From Candidatus Bathyarchaeota archaeon (GTDB lineage: Archaea; Thermoproteota; Bathyarchaeia; 40CM-2-53-6), in the NCBI GenBank assembly GCA_963733055.1, contig CAVTBR010000001.1, forward strand, positions 32,001 to 96,000: DNA of 64,000 bases. The letters run 5' to 3'. Positions 48,050 to 56,661 of this stretch are shown piece after piece. The stretch's first letter is position 1; the number at the start of each line of letters is the position of its first letter. A model generated the notes under the pieces. The model saw nothing but the letters and a program-made list of their open reading frames with translations. It had not been told where the DNA came from and searched no databases. The position numbers and the translations under genes are program-made.

Positions 48050-49222
48050 TTGTCGCAACTAAGCACGAATTCTTACCAAGAATTCAACGAGATCCATGAG
48101 CGAGTACGTAGTGCCTACCGCTCTGCGATCGGCAAGCGGCGCCGCGAGCTCATAACTCCAGCACTGATTTTGGATCTGGACCTCGCTCGCAGTAATATCG
48201 ATTTCATGGCGAAGCGTTTGAAGTCACTGCATGCCAAACTCAGGCCGCATATCAAGGTACAGAAAAGCCTTGAACTGGCGAAGTTGCAGGTCGCCGCCGG
48301 AGCCATCGGCGTATGTACCGCTACAGTTTGGGAGGCGCTTGCCATGAGCAGGGGGGGAATCAAGGATGTTTTGATAGCGAATGAGGTGGTTGGTAAAGAG
48401 AAGATCGCTGCCCTGGCCGACTTGGCTAAAGATCGGTACATCACAGTCACCTTAGATGACGCACATAATGCGGATGACCTCTCCAAAGCCGTCACGAGGG
48501 TTGGGAGCAAACTTGATGTCATTATTGAGATCGACGTCGGAATGGGGCGCGGCGGCATTCGCTCTCCGGAAGAAGCGGTTAGCTTGGCCCAGCATCTCGG
48601 TACGCTTTCTGGGCTCAGGTTTCGAGGGGTACAGGGCTATGAAGGCCACTGCATGTTGGAACCGGACCGCGAGTTGAGAGTAAAGAAGGCGCGGGCGGCT
48701 ATGGATCACGTAGGTACGGTCGTCGATACCCTGGCCCAGTCTGGATTCAAATGTGAGATCGTTTCGGCTGGGGGAACTGGTACTTATGATATTACGGGCG
48801 CCGATCTTCGCGTTACCGAGATTCAAGCTGGGTCTTACGTTTTCATGGATAATTTCCACGGAAACTTAGTCCCGGGCTTCTCGAAATCGCTCACTGTTCT
48901 AGGGACGATTGTGATACAGCATGGCGATACTATCGTATTTGATTGTGGTCGAAAGTCAGTCGGCGTCGACTTTCAGCAACCCACGATGTTGGATTACCCA
49001 TTCTACGCGGCGCGCTACTTCGCCGAGGAACACGCCCTCTTCGATATCGACAAACGATGCAAACTCAAACTTGGAGACACCATGGAGTTCATCCCAGGCT
49101 ATGGGCCAACTACGGTAAACCTCTACGACGCGTACCACGTTGTCGAAGACGGAGTAGTTGTCGACATTTGGCCGATCATTCCCCGAGGGCCAGGACATGG
49201 AGGCTTGCTCACAGCAAGGTAG
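48050..49222 (+). CDS. PLP-dependent D-threonine aldolase/DSD1-like enzyme
   Basis: TPALILD, RPHIK, GYEGH, GGTGT, EIQAGSYVFMD, EEH. Confidence 0.85.
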   Translation: MSQLSTNSYQEFNEIHERVRSAYRSAIGKRRRELITPALILDLDLARSNIDFMAKRLKSLHAKLRPHIKVQKSLELAKLQVAAGAIGVCTATVWEALAMSRGGIKDVLIANEVVGKEKIAALADLAKDRYITVTLDDAHNADDLSKAVTRVGSKLDVIIEIDVGMGRGGIRSPEEAVSLAQHLGTLSGLRFRGVQGYEGHCMLEPDRELRVKKARAAMDHVGTVVDTLAQSGFKCEIVSAGGTGTYDITGADLRVTEIQAGSYVFMDNFHGNLVPGFSKSLTVLGTIVIQHGDTIVFDCGRKSVGVDFQQPTMLDYPFYAARYFAEEHALFDIDKRCKLKLGDTMEFIPGYGPTTVNLYDAYHVVEDGVVVDIWPIIPRGPGHGGLLTAR

Positions 49223-49263
49223 GTCCCTGACACTTAGAGCGGCCGAACCAAAACAATGCCCCG

Positions 49264-49743
49264 CTACCAATACGTGCTGCGTTTCCAAGTGTTTCTTTCT
49301 AGGACCTCAATTGTCGTACCGGAGGTCTTGCTCTCGGGCAGGTATGCGTACTTGTTGTCATCACCTGGAATCGAACACCATTTCTTGCTCTCCGGCAAAG
49401 GCCGGCCCATTGGGTCACAGAGAGTGATGCCTCTCGCTTTCATTTCATCGTAGAATTGGTCGATACTGTCAACTTCGACACACAATTCGAACATTGTTCC
49501 AGCCCCCTTCTTCTCTAGCAGTTGCTTGCTCGGGCCCCGGACTGGGGCAAGAAGTTCCACATAATTGTCTCCCCTAGGCAGCGGGAGGTATACGTAGTTC
49601 ATTTCCTCGTCTTCGTTGCTGACGCGGAAGTACTTGGGTTTCTCGCAGCCAAGCACTTGGCGGTAGAAATCGATTAGTGAATCATCAAGTTTCTCGACTA
49701 ATATGCCGACATGATCGAGTTTCGCTTTCAACCCTGAATCCAT
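49264..49743 (-). CDS. VOC family protein
   Basis: DHVGILV, VELLAP, LCVEVDSID, IEVLE. Confidence 0.8.
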   Translation of the reverse strand: MDSGLKAKLDHVGILVEKLDDSLIDFYRQVLGCEKPKYFRVSNEDEEMNYVYLPLPRGDNYVELLAPVRGPSKQLLEKKGAGTMFELCVEVDSIDQFYDEMKARGITLCDPMGRPLPESKKWCSIPGDDNKYAYLPESKTSGTTIEVLERNTWKRSTYW

Positions 49744-49855
49744 CCAGGAGAAGTAAAATCAATTCTAGTACTTTAGGGCCACGAAATGCCGCTGCTTAAA
49801 TTGCCGGGGTAAAATCATTCTCCAAACGGTAACTCTGAGGAGTCATGCGTAAGAG

Positions 49856-50635
49856 ATGGGGGAATCGAGGGTTCTTTACGCTATTGCTGAGAGTTGCCCG
49901 TTCGATGCGGTTCTTGTGCGAGATATGAGAAATGCGGTCAATTCTTTGCTGCAACTTAACCTTAAGCGATTTAGGGTTCCCCAGAAGAACCTCGCCAAGT
50001 ATTCTGCATTAGACATTGTAAAACAGGCATTGGAACTTCTCTTCGAATTTTCGCCCTCTGAGAAGAATTACCGCGAAGCCACGCGCACGCTCCAAGTCTA
50101 CTCTGAAGGCGACACAGAAATGCTAAAGGTACTGCAATCGAGTTTTCGTTTGATCGCCAACGCAGTGTATAACGCCTACAGCGGGCAGAGACAAGCGGAA
50201 TCGTTAGCCCCACAAATCTTGTTTCTTCAAGGAGTGCCGTTCCAGCCAAGCGAACTCGAACAATCGTTCAGGTTCGTCGGCGTCAGACCACCCGAGGTCA
50301 GCCCACCCAGCGTTAAGAAGACGATCTTTCTCGACGAAGGATTCGGCTTGTACACATTATTGTTGGAGGGGAAGATTACTGGAAAGGAAGCTGAGAAGGG
50401 TAGGGAGGAACACTGGGCGAAACTAATTCGCGAAAACATGGCCGAGGAGAACGGAACATCCCTCATTCGGGCTGGAACTGAGCACGTTGCTCAACGAAGT
50501 GCAGGGACGAGTAGCGTCCTAGGTAAGCTTCGAATCTCTAGGAGCGGCAAGTTGCACGCACTTCTAGGGGAGAGTGGGATAGACATCCAAGTTATCCACA
50601 AGATCGCAGACGTGAATCAGGTTTTCGGAAAATAG
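49856..50635 (+). CDS. hypothetical protein
   Basis: 259-aa ORF filling the gap; no family recognised with confidence. Confidence 0.6.
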   Translation: MGESRVLYAIAESCPFDAVLVRDMRNAVNSLLQLNLKRFRVPQKNLAKYSALDIVKQALELLFEFSPSEKNYREATRTLQVYSEGDTEMLKVLQSSFRLIANAVYNAYSGQRQAESLAPQILFLQGVPFQPSELEQSFRFVGVRPPEVSPPSVKKTIFLDEGFGLYTLLLEGKITGKEAEKGREEHWAKLIRENMAEENGTSLIRAGTEHVAQRSAGTSSVLGKLRISRSGKLHALLGESGIDIQVIHKIADVNQVFGK

Positions 50636-50642
50636 ATTCGCT

Positions 50643-51353
50643 CTATTTTCTTTTCTTCTGTGGTGTGAGGAGGTGTTCGTAGGTGAACCCTGCGAGAAGG
50701 GCACCTGCGATTGGACCTACCCAGTAGACCCAGAAGCTGTCAAAGTCCAGTGAGGCAACGGCGGGGCCAAGCCATCTCGCGGGGTTAGCCGCGCCACCAG
50801 TTAGAGGGCCGGCGATGAGTACATCCACAGCCAAGGTCATCCCAATCAGCAACCCGGAGGCGGCGGGATGCACCTTGCCCGAGTAAAGAACTGCGTAAAC
50901 CGAGAACATTAGGAAGAAGGTGATGATGAGTTCCACGAGAACCGCGACAAGTTCGCTCGAACCGATTATAGGTGACGGCGCAGGTAGTCCGAACTTTATG
51001 AGCGATCCATTCCCAGGCTGAATTATCCCATCAACCGCACCCGCCAGAATGGCTCCTAAGACTTGCGCTACTAAGTACGCAACGCCATCCCCAGCCTCCA
51101 TCTTCTTCAATGCGACGGCGGTGATCGTTATTGCGGGGTTGATGTGACAGCCGGAAATCCATCCAATCGCGTAAACCATGATCATCAATATCAGCCCGTG
51201 TGTGAGGGCGATGGCGATGAACGATGATTGGGGCGAACCAAAGCCGAGGGCCGGAAAGTACACGATAAGCGACATTGAGCCGAAGAAGACAAGCGCGAAA
51301 GTCCCGATGAATTCAGCCACGTAAGCTTGTCGTCCCATCTTCAAACCGAACAC
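50643..51353 (-). CDS. aquaporin (MIP family)
   Basis: SGCHINPA and ANPAR motifs. Confidence 0.93.
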   Translation of the reverse strand: MFGLKMGRQAYVAEFIGTFALVFFGSMSLIVYFPALGFGSPQSSFIAIALTHGLILMIMVYAIGWISGCHINPAITITAVALKKMEAGDGVAYLVAQVLGAILAGAVDGIIQPGNGSLIKFGLPAPSPIIGSSELVAVLVELIITFFLMFSVYAVLYSGKVHPAASGLLIGMTLAVDVLIAGPLTGGAANPARWLGPAVASLDFDSFWVYWVGPIAGALLAGFTYEHLLTPQKKRK

Positions 51354-51394
51354 AACACGGCGCTTACCGAAGGCCCTTGCTATAAAACACTTCT

Positions 51395-52291
51395 TCAGCT
51401 CTCGGCCACCGCGAAGATCGACATGAGTACTAGAATCGCGCCTAGAAGTGTTGCAGCAGTATAACCCTCACTAAGTAGTACGGTGGAAAGTACCATGGCC
51501 GCCACGATCTCCAACAATCCTACAACAGACGTAAGCGTTGCCGTAACTGCCTTCAACGCAAAGATCCATAACACGTACGGTATTACAGTGCAAGCAATCG
51601 CAGTAAACGCCACCCACCCCCAGCCCACTACCGAAATATTTCCCATCCTTAGGCCCCCCAACAATAGAGCTGCGGGAAAGAGGACGATTGATGTTGCAAG
51701 CATGACCACGGACGACATCTCGATCACGTTTCTATCGCGCTGCATTTGCAGCCGTTTATGAATGACAATGAACAGTGCGAAGATGAGCCCCGAAACGAAA
51801 GCAAACAAATCACCCTCGAGTTGGCCCTGCGTAAGACCGGATAAATCTCCGTTCGTAGTAATCAGCGCCGCTCCGACGACGCCCAGCACTACACCCAGCT
51901 GCTTCCGTAACCCGAATGATTCGCCAAAAATTCTCCAACTGAGTATGGCCACCACGATTACGTTCAAGTCGATTAGTAAGGCGGTCTTTGCGGCCGTTGT
52001 GTATTCAAGCCCGAGGAACTGGAATAGATAACCCATTCCGCTGATCAAGCCAAGTCCCCAGACCGCAGGCTCTCTAAGGGCACTCGACCTGAAACTCCCG
52101 CACCACGCGAGAACAACTAAGAGTATACTTGCGGTTACGATTGACCTTAGGAAAGCGAAGTCGTATGGGTCGACGAATGTTAGTCCTATTTTTATGGAAA
52201 CAAAAGAGGCGCCCCAGAGAACGCTGGTAACGACGAGGAGCGCTATCGCTGAGTTATTGCCCTGTTCCATTCGAGAAGTTAGGCGCCGCAT
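51395..52291 (-). CDS. DMT/EamA family transporter
   Basis: LWGASF, GLEYTT, two EamA-like repeats. Confidence 0.88.
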   Translation of the reverse strand: MRRLTSRMEQGNNSAIALLVVTSVLWGASFVSIKIGLTFVDPYDFAFLRSIVTASILLVVLAWCGSFRSSALREPAVWGLGLISGMGYLFQFLGLEYTTAAKTALLIDLNVIVVAILSWRIFGESFGLRKQLGVVLGVVGAALITTNGDLSGLTQGQLEGDLFAFVSGLIFALFIVIHKRLQMQRDRNVIEMSSVVMLATSIVLFPAALLLGGLRMGNISVVGWGWVAFTAIACTVIPYVLWIFALKAVTATLTSVVGLLEIVAAMVLSTVLLSEGYTAATLLGAILVLMSIFAVAES

Positions 52292-52310
52292 TTACGGGAG
52301 CAGGCTAGGG

Positions 52311-52775
52311 TTAGACCTGTTGCCCGATTCGGTACGTGTAGATAGTGTGTCCCAGAAGCTCGTCGTAAACCGCGCTGGGTTTCCAACCGGGAACTTTGAA
52401 ATCATGCGATACGACGCGGGCTCCTTGTTTCAATTCCGATTCAAGCTTCGGTCTAAGTCGGTCGTTTGCGCTTGAGGTGAGGTAAAGCGTGACTACGTCT
52501 GCGTCTGAGATATTGACATCGAAGAAGTTCCCCTGAATCACTTTCACTTTGTCTTCGACGTTCAGACGCTTGATCTCTGTTCTCGCCCGCTCAACTAGAT
52601 CCTCCCTTAACTCGACTCCGGTAGCCTTGGCGCCAGCGTCTTTGCCAGCAAGTATGATCAGCCGACCGTCTCCACACCCTAGATCGTAGAGGCTTTCTCC
52701 CGGTTTGACTTGAGAGAGTTCAAGCATCTTCTTCGCTACTTCTAGCGGTGTCTGAACAAAAGGCGCAATGCTCAT
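52311..52775 (-). CDS. SAM-dependent (protein-lysine) methyltransferase, aKMT/FAM173-like
   Basis: APFVQTP, YDLGCGDGR, VVTLYL, RVVSHDF; start taken at MSIAPF. Confidence 0.85.
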   Translation of the reverse strand: MSIAPFVQTPLEVAKKMLELSQVKPGESLYDLGCGDGRLIILAGKDAGAKATGVELREDLVERARTEIKRLNVEDKVKVIQGNFFDVNISDADVVTLYLTSSANDRLRPKLESELKQGARVVSHDFKVPGWKPSAVYDELLGHTIYTYRIGQQV

Positions 52776-52815
52776 CGGTTGAGGCTTCCAAAACTGCGGT
52801 CCGAGGCTGTGTGAT

Positions 52816-53181
52816 TTATGCGTATCGTCTCTCAGCTTCGGCGCGTTCACCCTTGGCCGTCTTCGACCCAACTGGCAGACTCTTCTCCTTTTTCCCGGTC
52901 CATCTGACGTCTTCCTCTAGAAATTGAACGCAGACATCCTTGAATTGCTTGAAGATCTCTTTCAACTCCTCATGAGTGAAGGTGTCGATGAAAGATGGAT
53001 TCCTGAGCCAGCTGTCCCAACCGCGGACGCTCTCGAAGAGCGCAGAATTCATGCGAATCAAAGACGCATACAGAGCGAGCCGATCCGCCGGTTCAAGCTT
53101 CTTAATCTCGTCCAATGCCTTGTTTCGTTCATCAGTCCAAGACAAATTTTCAGGAGCACCTTTCCCGCCCACAGTGGCCAC
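52816..53181 (-). CDS. DUF2153-like archaeal protein
   Basis: DRL...SVRGWDSWL...FTHEEL...FLEED pattern. Confidence 0.7.
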   Translation of the reverse strand: MATVGGKGAPENLSWTDERNKALDEIKKLEPADRLALYASLIRMNSALFESVRGWDSWLRNPSFIDTFTHEELKEIFKQFKDVCVQFLEEDVRWTGKKEKSLPVGSKTAKGERAEAERRYA

Positions 53182-53242
53182 CGTAATTTAGCCTTATTCC
53201 TGAAATCAGAAAAACCAACCATCCACTGATCCCATAATCGCC

Positions 53243-54109
53243 GTGTTCGCAAACCAAAAGCAGCAACCACGACACTACCAACGCTTAGATAGGCTATTGC
53301 AGACAGCATTTGGGGCAGCAAAGTTGGTTAAGATAGAACCCGTTGTGATCAAACTAGCCGAGACTAAGCTTGACCCAGCAGGCGTTCAGAAATTTATGGA
53401 AGTTTACAAGGCGAGTGATTGGCTCCAGAGAGTTAGACCAACCCAAGCGAATGACACCGAATTTCTTATCGAACTCTCCGGCCGCGCTTGCTACAAATCT
53501 TACGGCGTAGGTCTCAACCCCAATGTAACTAAGATCCGGGAAGACTCTCGTGCCTACCTGACTAACGTCCTTGAGAAAGGGGACGGAAGCATACTTGAAC
53601 ATGCGACCGTGACCTTCGCATTCCTCAATGTTAGTCGCGTTATGACGCATGAGTTAGTCCGCCACAGAGCCGGGACCGCAATAAGTCAAGAAAGTCTACG
53701 ATACGTTCGTCCCCGCGAAATTTCTCTGTGGCTGCCCCCAGACCTGGAATCAGTCTCGAAAGAGTTCCAAAATGTCGTTCAGGAAATCGAAAAACAGTAT
53801 CACGAGCTAGAGTCGAAATTTGACTGGGATAGGATGCCTTTCGACCAAAAGAAACGGGTCACTTCGGCCTTGCGCAGGATTCTTCCCGACGGGATAGCGA
53901 CCAATGTTATTTGGACCGCTAACCATCGAACGTTACGGTGGGTTATCGAGATGCGCACCGACCCAAGCGCGGAGGTTGAGATTCGCAAGGTCTTTGGCCA
54001 GGTCGCTGAAATTTGCATGCGAGACTATCCGATCCTCTATTCGGACTTTACAAAGAAACAGCTTCCGGATGGGACCTGTCAGTACACACCAAAGTTTTCC
54101 AAAGTGTAA
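53243..54109 (+). CDS. thyX: FAD-dependent thymidylate synthase
   Basis: RACY.S, SILEH, HELVRHR..SQESLRY, AEVEIR; start likely downstream of 53243. Confidence 0.92.
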   Translation: MFANQKQQPRHYQRLDRLLQTAFGAAKLVKIEPVVIKLAETKLDPAGVQKFMEVYKASDWLQRVRPTQANDTEFLIELSGRACYKSYGVGLNPNVTKIREDSRAYLTNVLEKGDGSILEHATVTFAFLNVSRVMTHELVRHRAGTAISQESLRYVRPREISLWLPPDLESVSKEFQNVVQEIEKQYHELESKFDWDRMPFDQKKRVTSALRRILPDGIATNVIWTANHRTLRWVIEMRTDPSAEVEIRKVFGQVAEICMRDYPILYSDFTKKQLPDGTCQYTPKFSKV

Positions 54110-54114
54110 GCTAG

Positions 54115-54333
54115 TCAGCCAAGCAACAACAGCAACGACCCGACCAAATAATAGAACAGCAGCACCGAACCGAAACCCAATCTAACGATACTGTGCGTAG
54201 CAGGAAGATTTCGCCCAAAGAAATCGAAAGTACCTTGACCTTTCGTTATGGCGTACCGGTATACGTTAGTGTCATAGACACCGAAGATTAGTAAACAGAC
54301 ACCAACGAATTTCAAGAATAGCCCAGGTAACAT
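54115..54333 (-). CDS. small membrane protein
   Basis: Two hydrophobic segments. Confidence 0.5.
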   Translation of the reverse strand: MLPGLFLKFVGVCLLIFGVYDTNVYRYAITKGQGTFDFFGRNLPATHSIVRLGFGSVLLFYYLVGSLLLLLG

Positions 54334-54450
54334 GCCACCCTACCTGAAGTAGTTTAGAACAAAAGAGGCTATAACGTCAATGATCCATGCTTCTGAACGG
54401 GATTGAGCGGCGCAAATTCATGGCGCTAGCTCGATTAGAGGGAAAAAATA

Positions 54451-55236
54451 TTGTCTGAACCATTCTGGAAAACGGCTATTTCGAAAGTTGAACCGAACAA
54501 GATTGTAGTTCGAGGTTACAACCTAATGGACTTAGTCGGCAAATACAGTTACGCGGGCTTGACCTACTTGCTTTGGCGCGGGGAGCTTCCCACGGAGGAG
54601 CAATCCCGCATGATGGACGCGCTCTTGGGTGTCTGCCTTGAACATAGCCTCAACTCGCCGTCTGTTGATGCTACACGTTTTGTGGCCTCGTGTGGGGTTC
54701 CATTGCAGTCAGCAGTTTCCGCTGGGGTTTCAGCCATTGGAGACTGGCACGGAGGAGCAATCGAGCAGGCAGCAAAACTCCTTCAGGATGGAGTCTCAAA
54801 AGCGAGAGATAGCAAAGGTTCGCAGCGGGATACAGCTGAAGCCATTCTCCAGAGATACAGTGAGCGTAAAGAGAAAGTGCCTGGATACGGCCACCCCACC
54901 CACACTCATGATCCACGGACAAAGAAACTTCTTGAAATTGCAGACCAGACTCGACTGCGTGGATCACACGTCGAACTTGCCGAGAACATCGAATCGTTAA
55001 CCGAGAGGTTCTTTCACAACCATCTGATCTTGAACGTGGATGGTTGCATAGCGGCAATAATTTCTGACATGGGGTTTGACTGGAGATTGGGCAAGGGGTT
55101 CTTCATCGTGAGTCGCACTCCAGGATTGGTAGCTCACGCCTACGAGCAGATGTACTTCGATAAACCCTACAAATCGGCAAGTTGGAATGAGATTGTGTAC
55201 ACCGGCCCCGCTGAGAGACGGGCGCCGGGACAGTAA
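54451..55236 (+). CDS. citryl-CoA lyase-like (short citrate synthase family)
   Basis: WKTAIS..VRGY, HGGAIE, PGYGHP, DPR, NVDG, GLVAH; about 260 aa. Confidence 0.8.
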   Translation: MSEPFWKTAISKVEPNKIVVRGYNLMDLVGKYSYAGLTYLLWRGELPTEEQSRMMDALLGVCLEHSLNSPSVDATRFVASCGVPLQSAVSAGVSAIGDWHGGAIEQAAKLLQDGVSKARDSKGSQRDTAEAILQRYSERKEKVPGYGHPTHTHDPRTKKLLEIADQTRLRGSHVELAENIESLTERFFHNHLILNVDGCIAAIISDMGFDWRLGKGFFIVSRTPGLVAHAYEQMYFDKPYKSASWNEIVYTGPAERRAPGQ

Positions 55237-55257
55237 GAGTTCGGTGGACTTGTCGAT

Positions 55258-55866
55258 TTAGATGTCCGAATTGCTTAGCTTGCGTGCGGTCCTAAAGTTG
55301 CCTGACCGTTCATAGTATTTTGCGGCCCATTCGTTTGCCTCTCTAGCTAGTTTGGGCATTTTCTCTTTCTTGAACTGTTCCGCGGTATCTGCGAAGAACT
55401 GTGCGGCTCTATTGAAATCCCGAATCCTTGTGCAGAGGTGCGCCGCGAAGAGCATCTCGTGGCTATAGCCCTCCTTGCCGGCCCCTAGGCAGATGCTAAG
55501 CGCGTTTAGGTAGCCCCTGGCCGCATTACGCATCGCCAGGCGAGGCGCGTAGTCTTGTATGGCGGAACGAAATTCAACCATACCGTAATAGGCCCTCTCC
55601 GATGCTCCCATGATTTTGTTTGGGAGCTTCATGTAGCCCTGTCCAGCTTTCTCATGCCAATGTGCGGCTTGGTTCATTGAACCGAGTTTCTCGTAGCACC
55701 TAGCTATGGCCTGATAGATTCCCACACGGTCTAGACTAGAACCTCGTGTCGCAAGTTTTCTGTAGCACACGATGGCCCCACGATAATCCGCTTTGAGCTC
55801 AGCTTCAATTGCTGAGTTCAGAAGATCCATATGTCGGAGCTTCCAAACTAAGAATTTAGCATTCAC
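55258..55866 (-). CDS. TPR/alpha-solenoid repeat protein
   Basis: Repeated A..Y/F..A helices (ARCYEKLG, AAQFF, AAKYYE). Confidence 0.6.
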   Translation of the reverse strand: MNAKFLVWKLRHMDLLNSAIEAELKADYRGAIVCYRKLATRGSSLDRVGIYQAIARCYEKLGSMNQAAHWHEKAGQGYMKLPNKIMGASERAYYGMVEFRSAIQDYAPRLAMRNAARGYLNALSICLGAGKEGYSHEMLFAAHLCTRIRDFNRAAQFFADTAEQFKKEKMPKLAREANEWAAKYYERSGNFRTARKLSNSDI

Positions 55867-56512
55867 TTTCGAGAATCTTGACTTCGCATTTTACTAGCTT
55901 CTGAAGAGCTTCGGCGTCCTTTCGCTCGCCAACAATTGCCCCGTAGTGCATGGGAATTACTACCTTCGGGTTTATCGCCTTCGTAGCCTCAGCCGCCTCC
56001 TGAACGGTCATTACGTAAGTGCCAGACACCGGAAGAAGAGCAACCTCGGCCCGCGTTGTTTTCATCTCTGGTATGTGATCAGTGTCACCCGCATGGTATA
56101 TGCGGACGCCGTTCAGGGTTAGCACGAAACCCAACTTCCCGTCTTCCTTTGGATGGAATACCTTACCCGGTTCTCTGAATTTGTTTACATTGTACGCCGG
56201 AACAGCTTCGACTTCAAGCCCGCCGACTTTGATCTTGTCTCCCGGTTTCATTATCTTGATTTCTTTCGGTTTCAGTTTTGAGAGTTCATCTTTCGATTGA
56301 TGATGGGCAATGATGGTCGTGTTGGGTCCCATGATCTGCTTCAGATCGTCCGCGCTAAGGTGGTCGAAGTGTTCATGGCTTATGAGAACAACGTCAGCCT
56401 TCCGGTCACTGCCCTTGATCTTAAACGGGTCAATGTAGATCGTTTGGCCGTTTTGAATTCGAAAACCGTCATGCCCTAACCAAGTTATCTTAACGCCTTT
56501 GTAGTCGTACAT
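55856..56512 (-). CDS. MBL-fold metallo-hydrolase
   Basis: WLGH, SHEHFDH, HAGDT, IPMHY. Confidence 0.9.
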   Translation of the reverse strand: MYDYKGVKITWLGHDGFRIQNGQTIYIDPFKIKGSDRKADVVLISHEHFDHLSADDLKQIMGPNTTIIAHHQSKDELSKLKPKEIKIMKPGDKIKVGGLEVEAVPAYNVNKFREPGKVFHPKEDGKLGFVLTLNGVRIYHAGDTDHIPEMKTTRAEVALLPVSGTYVMTVQEAAEATKAINPKVVIPMHYGAIVGERKDAEALQKLVKCEVKILESEC

Positions 56513-56661
56513 ACTCGAATCTAGTGAATACTAGAATCGATTTTAGTTTAAAAACGATACCTCCCATTATAACCCACGCTTTGTGACCCGCCAACATCTC
56601 CAATCCTTTTGAATGCCCTACCTCCATCTTAACATGCAGGGCATGATCGCGAGGCATTAGG

